Shown here: one piece after another, positions 1 to 11,103 of the stretch
Position numbering within the stretch: the stretch's first letter is position 1
Layout: each line of letters starts with the position of its first letter
Assembly: GCF_036251205.1 (NCBI RefSeq)
Contig: NZ_CP133958.1
Source: Orbus mooreae
Lineage (GTDB): Bacteria > Pseudomonadota > Gammaproteobacteria > Enterobacterales > Orbaceae
Length of the DNA stretch: 24,000 nucleotides
Reading direction: 5' to 3' (one strand)
Program-made: the position numbers and the translations under genes
The notes under the pieces: generated by a model
Databases searched by the model: none
Told to the model about the DNA's origin: nothing
What the model saw: only the letters and a program-made list of their open reading frames with translations

Positions 1-386
1 TCAATACCAAGATCCTTTAAGATATGCTCACAAAAGTCATGAGTTGGCTCATAAGCGCCCTCTGACAACAAAACATGATCACCCGCTTTCACGAAAGCTA
101 AAATAGCATTAGTCACCGCGGCAGCACCACAAGGATAAAGGTAACAACCAGCACCACCTTCCAGTTCGCACATTGCATCTTGCAAGGAGAAATGAGTTAA
201 AGTCCCTCGACGTCCATAATAAAGGGCACCTTGCGTACGGTTTTTAGCAGCCTCTTTTTTGGCCTCAACGGTCTCAAAAACAAGCGAGGAAGCACGTTGA
301 ATTACACTATTAACAGAACCCTGTGTATAGCGTTTTTTTCGCCCCGCACTAATTAATGTTGTCTGTGTTGCTTTAGGAAATTTCAT
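1..386 (-). CDS. metC: Cystathionine beta-lyase MetC, N-terminal 128 codons; the gene runs off the window start
   Basis: Hand translation of the minus strand from the ATG at 386..384 gives [98 protein letters not shown]... This is colinear with the E. coli MetC N-terminus ([37 protein letters not shown]). It is absent from the ORF track because it is truncated by the window edge. Confidence 0.85.
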   Translation of the reverse strand, partial: MKFPKATQTTLISAGRKKRYTQGSVNSVIQRASSLVFETVEAKKEAAKNRTQGALYYGRRGTLTHFSLQDAMCELEGGAGCYLYPCGAAAVTNAILAFVKAGDHVLLSEGAYEPTHDFCEHILKDLGI

Positions 387-525
387 GTTAGCTTCTCGCA
401 AAATGAAGATTAAAGGGATCTATTCTCATAAATATATACTAAAATAATACTAATTAGCATAGCATGTTTTAAAACAACGCACCAAAATCTGTTAAAATAG
501 AAAAAATTTTTTAATAATTGTAATC

Positions 526-1164
526 ATGCGAAAAAATTTCGTTTTTATCCAATCTGCTAACTTAAATGATTTATCATATGAGGCATTACTCTCCTCGCCA
601 TTATTATCAGAGCAAGTTATTACACAAGCAGAAACTTTTGAACATAAAAGGCAAAAGCAATTTGTTGCTTGCCGCTATTTACTGGCTGAATTACTAAACG
701 AATATTTTGATATTGCTCAGTTGCCTAAAATAAAAATCGGTGATAATAGCCGCCCTAAATTTGAAAAATCGAATCTACCGGATTTTAATATTAGTCATAG
801 CGGTGATTTTATTACAGTTGCTATCAGCTCAGAAGGACTAGTGGGATTAGATATTGAGATAGATCGACCGCGTAAAAATATTCAAAAAATTGCAAAACAA
901 TTTTTTTCATCATCAGAAAACAGTTGGCTTAATCAACAATACGATCCTCTCGCCGCTTTCTGGAAACTTTGGACACTACGTGAATCAGCATTAAAAGTAT
1001 ATGCCAAAGGTGTTTGGCAAATGAAAGAAATGGCAATTACCATGCCACAACAAGATATTACAGCTACATTTGCAGACAGTTTTTATCCATATCATCAAAA
1101 ATTAAGACAGCTGTATCTATCGGTTTGCTGTTCAGTTCCGATTCACAAGATAATGATTAATTAA
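526..1164 (+). CDS. 4'-phosphopantetheinyl transferase, Sfp/AcpT-like
   Basis: The 212 aa product carries PPTase motifs in the right order: FNISHSGDF, GLDIEIDRPR (Mg-binding D.E) and FWKLWTLRESALKVYAKG (W..KE...K). The layout resembles E. coli AcpT (FNLSHSGD, CDIEVIRPR, FWRIWTRKEAIVK). Confidence 0.75.
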   Translation: MRKNFVFIQSANLNDLSYEALLSSPLLSEQVITQAETFEHKRQKQFVACRYLLAELLNEYFDIAQLPKIKIGDNSRPKFEKSNLPDFNISHSGDFITVAISSEGLVGLDIEIDRPRKNIQKIAKQFFSSSENSWLNQQYDPLAAFWKLWTLRESALKVYAKGVWQMKEMAITMPQQDITATFADSFYPYHQKLRQLYLSVCCSVPIHKIMIN

Positions 1165-1260
1165 TAATTTCGTTAAAATCTTACTGTAAGATCTAATTCT
1201 AGTATAAAAATAGGGCTATTCAATAAAATATCGTGTGGTTCTAGCTAACTGTTCACAATA

Positions 1261-1291
1261 GAAAAATAAAGGGGAAATATCTCCATTCCCC
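1261..1291 (-). terminator. Rho-independent terminator downstream of edd
   Basis: On the minus strand GGGGAA-(9 nt loop)-TTCCCC (1291..1271) is followed by TTTATTTTTC (1270..1261). It lies 43 nt after the edd stop codon. Confidence 0.6.
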
Positions 1292-1333
1292 AATTAAATG
1301 GCTATAATTGTAAAGCAACTAAGCTATCTACCA

Positions 1334-3139
1334 TTAAAAACAAACAGCACCTTCTTCTGCCGAAGAGAGATTGTTACGGACAACACCAAATAATTCTCGA
1401 CCAAATCCCTCATGAGATGGCGTTAAATCAATCTCATACGGTTTTCTTGCTGCTAACTCTTTTTCGTCAACTAACAATGTCATCTCGCCCGTTTTACCAT
1501 TCACTAGAATCATATCGCCATCTTGTACTTTATTAAGTAATCCACCACAATATGCTTCAGGTGTAACATGGATTGCAGCTGGTACTTTACCTGAAGCTCC
1601 TGATAGACGACCATCAGTAAGTAAAGCAACTTTATAGCCACGATCTTGTAATACACCTAATGGTGTAATTAATTTATGTAATTCTGGCATACCGATCGCT
1701 CTTGGTCCTTGGAACCGGACAACAACAATACAGTCTTTATCTAATTTACCAGCTTTAAATTGAGCCTCAAGGTCATACTGACTATTAAATACAACAGCGG
1801 GAGCCTTAATAATTTGATGAGCAGGTTCGATTGCTGAAGTTTTCATTACAGCTCTGCCTAAATTACCAGACATGACTTTTAAACCACCATGAGAGCTAAA
1901 CGGTTTATCAATTGAAGCTATCACATTATCATCTAATGATTTTAATGGTCCTTCGCGATAAACTAACTTACCATCTTCTAAGATAGGCTCTTTGGTATAG
2001 CGCGTTAATCCATGTCCAGCTACAGTTTCAACATCTTCGTGTAATAGTCCACCAGCAAGTAACTCACGTACCAGTACGGATGTACCACCCGCAGCTTGGA
2101 AATAGTTAATATCAGCTGGGCCATTTGGATAAATTTTACAAAGTAGAGGAACAACCTCAGATAAATCCGAGATATCATCCCAATTGATAATAATTCCAGC
2201 TGCTTTTGCCATCGCGACTAAATGCATCGTTAAATTCGTTGAGCCGCCCGTTGCAAGAAGAGCAACCAAACCATTAACGATCACTTTTTCATCAACCATT
2301 TTACCAACTGGCATAAAATTACCTGACTGTTCAGTTAAACGAGTAATTTGTCTTGCTGCAGCATTAGTTAATTCGAATCTAAGTGCCGTTTCTGGATGCA
2401 CAAATGCAGCACCTGGTAAATGTAGTCCCATCAACTCAATCACCATTTGATTACTATTTGCGGTACCATAAAACGTACATGTACCACTCGTATGGTATGA
2501 AGCTGACTCCGATTCTAACAGATCTTCACGGGTCGCTTTACCTTCAGAGTAAAGTTGACGGATTTTAACTTTTTCTTTATTAGATAGTCCTGATGGCATA
2601 GGGCCTGCTGGTACAAATATCGCAGGTAAGTGACCAAACGTCATAGCACCGACAAATAAGCCCGGGACAATTTTGTCACAAATACCTAAATATAATGCGC
2701 CATCAAACATATTGTGCGAAAGAGCCACGGCAACAGACATTGCAATAATATCTCGGCTCATCAAAGAGAGCTCCATACCCGGTTCACCTTGAGTTACACC
2801 ATCACACATCGCAGGTACACCACCAGCCATTTGACCAACAGCGCCTGTTTCACGTAATACCTTTTTAATTTGTTCGGGATAATATTCATAAGGACGGTGA
2901 GCAGACAACATATCATTATATGAACTGACAATACCGATATCACTTTTTAGTATATTTTTTAAATCATTTTTATCAGCACTGCAACAAGCGGCAAAACCAT
3001 GAGCTAAATTACTACAAGGTAAACTTGCTCTATTCACTTTTTTAGACATAGCATGTTCAATTTTTTGCAAATAGGCTGCTCGAGTCTTTTTAGAACGTTC
3101 AATAATTCGCTGAGTTACAGCTTGTACAGTATTATTCAT
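1334..3139 (-). CDS. edd: Phosphogluconate dehydratase (Entner-Doudoroff pathway)
   Basis: The 601 aa product is near-colinear with E. coli Edd (LAHGFAAC, SYNDMLSAH.PYE.YP, GGVPAMCDGVTQG, CDKIVPGL, GTCTFYGTANSNQM, LLATGGSTN.TMHLVAMA.AAGI.INWDD, TDGRLSGASGKVP.AIHVTPEA). An AAGAGG RBS sits upstream of the ATG. Confidence 0.95.
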   Translation of the reverse strand: MNNTVQAVTQRIIERSKKTRAAYLQKIEHAMSKKVNRASLPCSNLAHGFAACCSADKNDLKNILKSDIGIVSSYNDMLSAHRPYEYYPEQIKKVLRETGAVGQMAGGVPAMCDGVTQGEPGMELSLMSRDIIAMSVAVALSHNMFDGALYLGICDKIVPGLFVGAMTFGHLPAIFVPAGPMPSGLSNKEKVKIRQLYSEGKATREDLLESESASYHTSGTCTFYGTANSNQMVIELMGLHLPGAAFVHPETALRFELTNAAARQITRLTEQSGNFMPVGKMVDEKVIVNGLVALLATGGSTNLTMHLVAMAKAAGIIINWDDISDLSEVVPLLCKIYPNGPADINYFQAAGGTSVLVRELLAGGLLHEDVETVAGHGLTRYTKEPILEDGKLVYREGPLKSLDDNVIASIDKPFSSHGGLKVMSGNLGRAVMKTSAIEPAHQIIKAPAVVFNSQYDLEAQFKAGKLDKDCIVVVRFQGPRAIGMPELHKLITPLGVLQDRGYKVALLTDGRLSGASGKVPAAIHVTPEAYCGGLLNKVQDGDMILVNGKTGEMTLLVDEKELAARKPYEIDLTPSHEGFGRELFGVVRNNLSSAEEGAVCF

Positions 3140-3210
3140 TAATAACCTCTTAAACTTTTTACAGTTTTACTTTAAAACAAGATATTTAATTCTTGATAAA
3201 TTATGACTCT

Positions 3211-3738
3211 TTAACCTTTACACACATTACGAATAATTGCTTCAGTATCCGCAATTACTTTTTCTAATGGCTGCTCGATATTGACCACAAAGACATCTTT
3301 TTCATCTGCAGAAGGCTCTTCCAAAGAATCAAACTGTGACTGTAACATCCCCGTTTTTTGATAATGTCCTTGTCGTTTCTGTAACCGTTCTTGAATGACG
3401 TCAAAACTTCCTTTTAAATAAATGAAGTGGACGTTATCATTTTCACCACGAATAATATCACGATATTTATGTTTTAATGCGGAACAGATAATAATTGACA
3501 CTGGATTAACATTACTCATTGCAAATGCAGCATCACTAATCAATTTTAGCCAAGGCATACGGTCTTCGTCATTAAGAGGGACGCCACTGCGCATTTTTAA
3601 AATATTCGCTTTCGGATGTAAAAAATCACCATCTAAAAAAACAGCATCAAGATCATAAGCAGCTTGTTTAGCGACAGCAGATTTGCCACTTCCCGAAACA
3701 CCCATTAAGATAAAAACATGTTTATTGTTCTTTTCCAT
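3211..3738 (-). CDS. gntK: Gluconokinase
   Basis: The 175 aa product has the P-loop MGVSGSGKSAVA followed by FLDGDFLHP..N..KM.SG.PLND.DR.PWL and CSALK..YRD, colinear with E. coli GntK. A GAAGGA RBS is present. Confidence 0.9.
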   Translation of the reverse strand: MEKNNKHVFILMGVSGSGKSAVAKQAAYDLDAVFLDGDFLHPKANILKMRSGVPLNDEDRMPWLKLISDAAFAMSNVNPVSIIICSALKHKYRDIIRGENDNVHFIYLKGSFDVIQERLQKRQGHYQKTGMLQSQFDSLEEPSADEKDVFVVNIEQPLEKVIADTEAIIRNVCKG

Positions 3739-3762
3739 AAAATTAGTCCTTCTAAAGTTTGC

Positions 3763-3778
3763 TTGTTACGGGTAACAT
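3763..3778. promoter_or_regulatory. Candidate GntR operator in the gntK promoter
   Basis: The sequence TTGTTACGGGTAACAT matches the E. coli GntR operator consensus ATGTTA-N4-TAACAT as I recall it at 11 of 12 positions. Its core TGTTACGGGTAACA is palindromic except for the two central bases. It lies immediately downstream of a minus-strand TATAAT (3792..3787). Confidence 0.6.
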
Positions 3779-3823
3779 TTTTAGCTATTATAGTACCGGA
3801 ATTCAACTTATAAAAGTAAAATT

Positions 3824-3839
3824 TGTGACAAACATCACA
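3824..3839. promoter_or_regulatory. CRP-binding site (perfect half-sites) upstream of gntK
   Basis: TGTGACAAACATCACA equals TGTGA-N6-TCACA with both consensus pentamers perfect. It sits in the 120 bp gntR-gntK spacer, centred 39.5 bp upstream of the best -10. Confidence 0.6.
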
Positions 3840-3858
3840 TTATGAATACAAAAAAGGA

Positions 3859-4857
3859 CTATAAACTTTCGCCATCCAAGTACTTAACGGGCAAATCAAT
3901 TATTTTATTTGTAACAGATTCACCATCAATCCGCTTTAGTAATAACTCTGCAGCAACTCGCCCCATTTCAATCCTTGGTGTTAAAATTGATGCAAGTTTT
4001 GGGGAAATGGCTTGACCGACATCATGACCATGGAAACCAACAATCGCTATCTTTTTTGGAACATCTATTTTTAAACGTTGACACTCAAATAGTGTTCCCA
4101 ATGCTAAATCATCATTGGTACAAAAAACACCATCAATATTAGGATGTGTTATTAACGCTTGCTGTAATAGTTTGGCACCTAGTGAGTAAGAAGATGCTTC
4201 CTTAGTACCAATAGTATAGGGAATGAGTCCGGCTTCTAACATTGCTTCTTCATAGGCTTTTTGACGAAGAATACTTCGGTCATCTTGGCGAGCACTAAAA
4301 TAGATAATATGTTTGCGACCTTTTTCAATCATTCTGTGCATCATTTTTTTAGTAACAGAAAAATTATCAAAACCAACCGCCATGTCAAAACAAGGTGTAG
4401 CACTATCCATAATCTCTACAACAGGTACATGAGCAATTTCAAGCATTTTTAATGTGGCAGGACTATGCGTTCGCTCCGTTAAAATTAAGCCATCAATATT
4501 ATAACCAAGCAGCGATCGTAACCGCATCTCTTCTTTACTTTGGTTATATCCAGTATGGGCAATCATGGTTTGATATCCTCTCGCATCGGTAATCATCTCA
4601 ATGCCTTTTAGAACATCAGCGAAAACTTGATTGGTTAAAGAGGGTAAAACAACACCAATCGCATAACTTTTGGCATTAGAGAGCATATCTGGCGCTTTAT
4701 TTGGGATATAGCCAAGTTTATCAATGGCTGCAGATATTTTGGCTTGTAACGTTGTCGATACTAAATTAGCATCTCGCAAAAATCGACTTACAGTCATTTT
4801 GCTGACACCAGCAAGATTTGCGATCTCAATTAAACCGGGTCGACGTTTTTTATTCAT
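3859..4857 (-). CDS. gntR: Gluconate utilisation repressor GntR (LacI family)
   Basis: From MNKKRRPGLIEIANLAGVSKMTVSRFLR onward the product is colinear with E. coli GntR (KMTVSRFLR, LGYIPN.APD.LSNA.S.AIGVLLPSLTNQVFA, WNIDGLILTERTH.P.TLKM). The track ORF extends 33 codons further (to 4956) into ung. I use the ATG at 4857, where homology starts. Confidence 0.9.
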   Translation of the reverse strand: MNKKRRPGLIEIANLAGVSKMTVSRFLRDANLVSTTLQAKISAAIDKLGYIPNKAPDMLSNAKSYAIGVVLPSLTNQVFADVLKGIEMITDARGYQTMIAHTGYNQSKEEMRLRSLLGYNIDGLILTERTHSPATLKMLEIAHVPVVEIMDSATPCFDMAVGFDNFSVTKKMMHRMIEKGRKHIIYFSARQDDRSILRQKAYEEAMLEAGLIPYTIGTKEASSYSLGAKLLQQALITHPNIDGVFCTNDDLALGTLFECQRLKIDVPKKIAIVGFHGHDVGQAISPKLASILTPRIEMGRVAAELLLKRIDGESVTNKIIDLPVKYLDGESL

Positions 4858-4858
4858 A

Positions 4859-5548
4859 TTATAGGTTCTCTTGTGGTAAACGAGGCTGCCAGTCAATCGG
4901 TTGTTTACCCTGAGATATGATAAATTCATTCGCTTTAGAGAAATGTTTACAACCAAAAAAACCGCGATGAGCAGATAATGGCGAAGGATGAACCGCCGTT
5001 AAAACGTGGTGTTTTTGTCGATCAATAAACTGACCTTTTTTTTGTGCAGGAGAGCCCCACAATAAAAAGACGACGCCGGTTAAATTCTGGTTAATGGTTT
5101 CAATCACCGTATCAGTAAAGGTTTCCCAGCCTATTTTAGCATGCGAATGTGCCTGACCATTTTCAACCGTTAATACATTATTGAGTAATAACACCCCTTG
5201 TTCAGCCCAATAACCTAAATAACCATACTTAGGAATTTCAAACCCAGCAATATCAGTTGCGAGCTCTTTATACATATTTAATAAAGAAGGTGGTGTCTTC
5301 ACACCTGGTAACACTGAAAAAGAGAGACCATGAGCTTGATTTGGGCCATGATAGGGATCTTGACCTAAAATCACAACTTTAATATCAGCAAAAGGTGTAT
5401 AACGAAATGCATTAAAAACATCATGCTGTGGAGGATAGATAATTTTTCCACGACTACGTTCATTATCAACATATTGTAATATTTGCTTAAAGTAATCTTT
5501 CTCTTTTTCACAACCAATTACATCATGCCAAGTTAGCTGCTCTGCCAT
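4859..5548 (-). CDS. ung: Uracil-DNA glycosylase
   Basis: The 229 aa product shows the family-1 UDG motifs [18 protein letters not shown] and HPSPLSA, preceded by an AAGGTG RBS. Confidence 0.95.
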   Translation of the reverse strand: MAEQLTWHDVIGCEKEKDYFKQILQYVDNERSRGKIIYPPQHDVFNAFRYTPFADIKVVILGQDPYHGPNQAHGLSFSVLPGVKTPPSLLNMYKELATDIAGFEIPKYGYLGYWAEQGVLLLNNVLTVENGQAHSHAKIGWETFTDTVIETINQNLTGVVFLLWGSPAQKKGQFIDRQKHHVLTAVHPSPLSAHRGFFGCKHFSKANEFIISQGKQPIDWQPRLPQENL

Positions 5549-5710
5549 AATCTATGCCACACCTTATTACAATAATAATTTACACGCTACAATTTGTAGA
5601 TAATTATACCGAAAAACAACAATAATAATAACTGTTATAAATAGATAAAGAAGATTGAATATCGGTTTGATTGGTTAAAAAGGAAACAATTATCGTACTA
5701 ATAGTTTTTT

Positions 5711-5724
5711 TTGATTTAAATCAA
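5711..5724. promoter_or_regulatory. FNR-type box upstream of grcA
   Basis: TTGATTTAAATCAA equals TTGAT-N4-ATCAA, a perfect match to the FNR consensus. Its centre is 74.5 bp upstream of the grcA ATG. E. coli grcA (yfiD) is FNR-activated. The -10 is ambiguous (TATAAT at 5738..5743 is too close; TATCAT at 5743..5748 and TAGATT at 5749..5754 are alternatives). Confidence 0.55.
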
Positions 5725-5791
5725 ATTTTAAAGCTGATATAATATCATTAGATTTATTAGGGTAATTAAACCCAATTAGGAGGATTAAAAA

Positions 5792-6175
5792 ATGATTACA
5801 GGTATCCAAATTACTAAAGCAGATAACAGCGCTCTTTTAAATTCTTTTTGGCTATTAGATGACGCAACAAATGAAGCACGTTGTGTAGCAGCAAAATCTG
5901 AATACAAAGAAGATCAAGTTGTTGCAACTAAAGATCTTGGTCACTTCGAATATCGTGAAATTCCATTAGATGTAGCACCAACAGTTAAAGTTGAAGGTGG
6001 TCAACATTTAAATGTTAACGTATTACGTCGTGAAACATTAGAAGATGCAGTTAAACACCCAGAAAATTATCCACAATTAACTATTCGTGTTTCTGGTTAT
6101 GCAGTTCGTTTTAACTCATTAACAGCTGAACAACAACGCGATGTTATCGCTCGTACATTTACAACTAATATGTAA
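5792..6175 (+). CDS. grcA: Autonomous glycyl radical cofactor (spare glycyl-radical domain for pyruvate formate-lyase)
   Basis: The 127 aa product ends in the glycyl-radical motif [25 protein letters not shown] and is colinear with E. coli GrcA/YfiD. It has a strong AGGAGG RBS. Confidence 0.95.
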   Translation: MITGIQITKADNSALLNSFWLLDDATNEARCVAAKSEYKEDQVVATKDLGHFEYREIPLDVAPTVKVEGGQHLNVNVLRRETLEDAVKHPENYPQLTIRVSGYAVRFNSLTAEQQRDVIARTFTTNM

Positions 6176-6194
6176 TTCTGTACTGATTAAAAAA

Positions 6195-6218
6195 AGCCCG
6201 TATATTACGGGCTTTTTT
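6195..6218 (+). terminator. Rho-independent terminator of grcA
   Basis: AGCCCGTA-TAT-TACGGGCT forms an 8 bp stem and is followed by a T6 run, 20 nt after the stop codon. Confidence 0.85.
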
Positions 6219-6343
6219 ATTATCTACAATATCCTCTCATTGAATAATTTTATCCTTATATTCTCTTTAATCTAACACGATTCAATTTCAATCATTTACC
6301 TCATAGCTCATATTTTCTAGAAATATCTATATTAAAAACACGA

Positions 6344-6357
6344 TGTAACCGATTACA
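6344..6357. promoter_or_regulatory. LacI-family (GalR-type) operator O1 upstream of lacY
   Basis: TGTAACCGATTACA fits the LacI-family consensus TGnAAnCGnTnnCA at every specified position, and ATGTAA..TTACAT is an inverted repeat. Its centre is 19 bp upstream of the CRP-like box centre. Confidence 0.6.
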
Positions 6358-6361
6358 TAAA

Positions 6362-6377
6362 TGATAACTAGATCACT
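6362..6377. promoter_or_regulatory. CRP-like box in the lacY promoter
   Basis: TGATA-ACTAGA-TCACT compares with TGTGA-N6-TCACA at 3/5 and 4/5 positions. Its centre (6369.5) is 29.5 bp upstream of the first base of the -10 hexamer, which is class II spacing. Confidence 0.4.
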
Positions 6378-6395
6378 CTTTTAAAATCTAATTAA

Positions 6396-6404
6396 TGATA
6401 TTAT
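6396..6404 (+). promoter_or_regulatory. Extended -10 element of the lacY promoter
   Basis: TGaTATTAT matches the TGnTATAAT pattern and no good -35 is present, as expected for an activator-dependent or extended -10 promoter. The inferred transcription start is near 6411. Confidence 0.45.
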
Positions 6405-6433
6405 CCATCCTGTTAAAATGAAATAGAGCTAGA

Positions 6434-6447
6434 TGTAATCGTTTACT
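6434..6447. promoter_or_regulatory. Second LacI-family operator O2 downstream of the lacY -10
   Basis: TGTAATCGTTTACT departs from TGTAAnCGnTTACA at one position. Its centre is 90 bp from the O1 centre, at about +30 relative to the inferred start. Confidence 0.5.
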
Positions 6448-6495
6448 TTATCAAAAGCCTTAATCTGTTAGACTATTAATAAAAGGATACATTGC

Positions 6496-7827
6496 ATGAA
6501 TACCAAAAAATATTCCGTACTAAACAATCAAAACTATTGGATTTTTAGTGCTTATTTCTTTTTTTACTTCTTTATTATGGGTGCCTATTTTCCTTTTTTC
6601 CCTGTTTGGTTAAAAATGAATGGCCTCAATCAAGAAGATACTGGACTGGTATTTTCATTCATATCAATGTTTGCCTTAATATTCCAACCCATTTTTGGAT
6701 TAATTTCAGATAAATTAGGACTTAGGAAAAATTTACTCTGGATTGTAACCACGCTTTTAGTATTTTTTGGACCTTTCTTTATTTTTATTCTAGGACCACT
6801 TTTACAAATCAATATATTGCTAGGTTCAATTATCGGGGGCTTTTATCTTGGTATGGTATTTAATGGAGGAGCTCCTGCAATTGAAGCTTATGTTGATAAA
6901 ATAAGTCGACGTAGTGGCTTTGAATTTGGACGAGCTCGAATGTTTGGTTGCTTTGGTTGGGCTATTTGTGCCTCATTTGTTGGCCTGATGATCTCTAAAA
7001 ATATTAATCTGGTTTTTTGGCTATGTTCAGGTTTTGCCCTTTTATTATTAATCTTAGTTAAATTTGCAAATCCACTAAAAACCCCAACCACTAATGTCAT
7101 AGATCAAATGGGCCTAAATAAAGAACAACCATTTAAAATGGCTTTAGTCGTTGAACTATTAAAAATGCCAAAAATTTGGTTTTTCATGTTATATGTTATT
7201 GGCGTTGCTTGTACCTATGATGTGTTTGATCAGCAATTTGCCAACTTCTTTACCAGCTTTTTTACCTCTGAAGAATCAGGTCGTGAAGCTTTTGGCTATG
7301 TAACAACATTAGGCGAACTACTCAATGCGGCAGTTATGTTTATCGCCCCAGTCATTGTCTTTAAAATTGGCAGTAAAAATGCGCTATTACTTGCCGGTTT
7401 AATTATGTCTATTCGTATTACCGGCTCGGCTTTTGCAACAACGCCTTTTGAAGTCATTATCCTAAAAACATTACACATGTTTGAAGCGCCAATTCTTATT
7501 GTTAGTGCGTTTAAATATATTGCCCAACATTTTCCAGCACGACTATCAGCAACAGTATATTTAGTCGCTTTCTGTTTTGCGAAACAAGTATCGATTATGA
7601 TTATGTCTTCAGTAGCCGGTAAAATGTATACATCAATGGGCTATCATGGCGCTTATTTAGTGCTTGGTAGCATCGCCTTTATCTTTACCTTAATTTCATT
7701 ATTTACACTGTCAGGACGTAGTCTACGTTCGGTTTTTTGCTCAAAAAATCAGAATATAAAAAATACCAATCCTGATGAATTCAACGAAATACAAGCTCAT
7801 CGAGATATTATAGAGAATGAGAAATAA
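6496..7827 (+). CDS. lacY: Lactose/galactoside:H+ symporter (LacY-type MFS oligosaccharide permease)
   Basis: The 443 aa product is colinear with E. coli LacY ([42 protein letters not shown]...[39 protein letters not shown]). The catalytic equivalents of E126, R144, E269, R302, H322 and E325 are all visible. It has about 26 extra C-terminal residues. A RafB-like specificity cannot be excluded. Confidence 0.88.
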   Translation: MNTKKYSVLNNQNYWIFSAYFFFYFFIMGAYFPFFPVWLKMNGLNQEDTGLVFSFISMFALIFQPIFGLISDKLGLRKNLLWIVTTLLVFFGPFFIFILGPLLQINILLGSIIGGFYLGMVFNGGAPAIEAYVDKISRRSGFEFGRARMFGCFGWAICASFVGLMISKNINLVFWLCSGFALLLLILVKFANPLKTPTTNVIDQMGLNKEQPFKMALVVELLKMPKIWFFMLYVIGVACTYDVFDQQFANFFTSFFTSEESGREAFGYVTTLGELLNAAVMFIAPVIVFKIGSKNALLLAGLIMSIRITGSAFATTPFEVIILKTLHMFEAPILIVSAFKYIAQHFPARLSATVYLVAFCFAKQVSIMIMSSVAGKMYTSMGYHGAYLVLGSIAFIFTLISLFTLSGRSLRSVFCSKNQNIKNTNPDEFNEIQAHRDIIENEK

Positions 7828-7849
7828 GATTGTAATGTAATATTCCATC

Positions 7850-7882
7850 AAAAAATAACCACCTAATGGTGGTTATTTTTTT
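7850..7882. terminator. Bidirectional terminator between convergent lacY and lacZ
   Basis: ATAACCACC-TAAT-GGTGGTTAT forms a 9 bp stem flanked by an A6 run on the left and a T6 run on the right. Confidence 0.8.
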
Positions 7883-7926
7883 ATTTATGATAAAACAAAG
7901 AGTGCTTTTTTCATTTATACATCGGT

Positions 7927-11031
<3,105 letters not shown>

Positions 11032-11057
11032 CTAATAAATAGCTAGTTGCTTGCTTC

Positions 11058-11063
11058 ATTATA
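11058..11063 (-). promoter_or_regulatory. -10 hexamer of the lacZ promoter
   Basis: A minus-strand TATAAT lies 28.5 bp downstream of the CRP-like box centre. The inferred start is near 11051, about 29 nt before the ATG. Confidence 0.45.
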
Positions 11064-11083
11064 AACAAATAGCGATTTATTAA

Positions 11084-11099
11084 AGTGACCAAGTTAACA
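11084..11099. promoter_or_regulatory. CRP-like box in the lacZ promoter
   Basis: The minus strand reads TGTTA-ACTTGG-TCACT, matching TGTGA-N6-TCACA at 4/5 and 4/5 positions. Confidence 0.5.
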
Positions 11100-11103
11100 T
11101 TTA

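Noticed and set aside
1178-1192. A 15 bp palindrome ATCTTAC-T-GTAAGAT just after the PPTase stop codon.
   Set aside because: It is most simply a weak AT-rich terminator hairpin (6 bp stem, 3 nt loop) for the PPTase gene. There is no U-tract and no recognisable binding-site family, so it is not enough to call.
2184-2568. Two plus-strand ORFs (88 and 61 aa) inside edd.
   Set aside because: They lie antisense to a strongly conserved CDS, have no RBS and give low-complexity translations. They are shadow ORFs.
3422-3658. A 78 aa plus-strand ORF inside gntK.
   Set aside because: It is an antisense shadow of a conserved gene with no independent signals.
4261-4452. A 63 aa plus-strand ORF inside gntR.
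   Set aside because: It is an antisense shadow ORF.
4858-4956. A 33-codon N-terminal extension of the gntR ORF ([19 protein letters not shown]...) overlapping the 3' end of ung.
   Set aside because: Homology to GntR begins exactly at MNKKRRPG (ATG at 4857). The extension is simply the alternative frame of the ung coding sequence.
6314-6323. A perfect 10 bp palindrome TTTCTAGAAA upstream of lacY.
   Set aside because: It is short and AT-rich, so it is expected by chance in roughly 35 percent GC intergenic DNA. It matches no regulator motif I know and lies well upstream of the promoter elements.
6630-7478. Three minus-strand ORFs (60 to 70 aa) inside lacY.
   Set aside because: They are antisense shadows in a T-rich membrane-protein gene and show no start signals.
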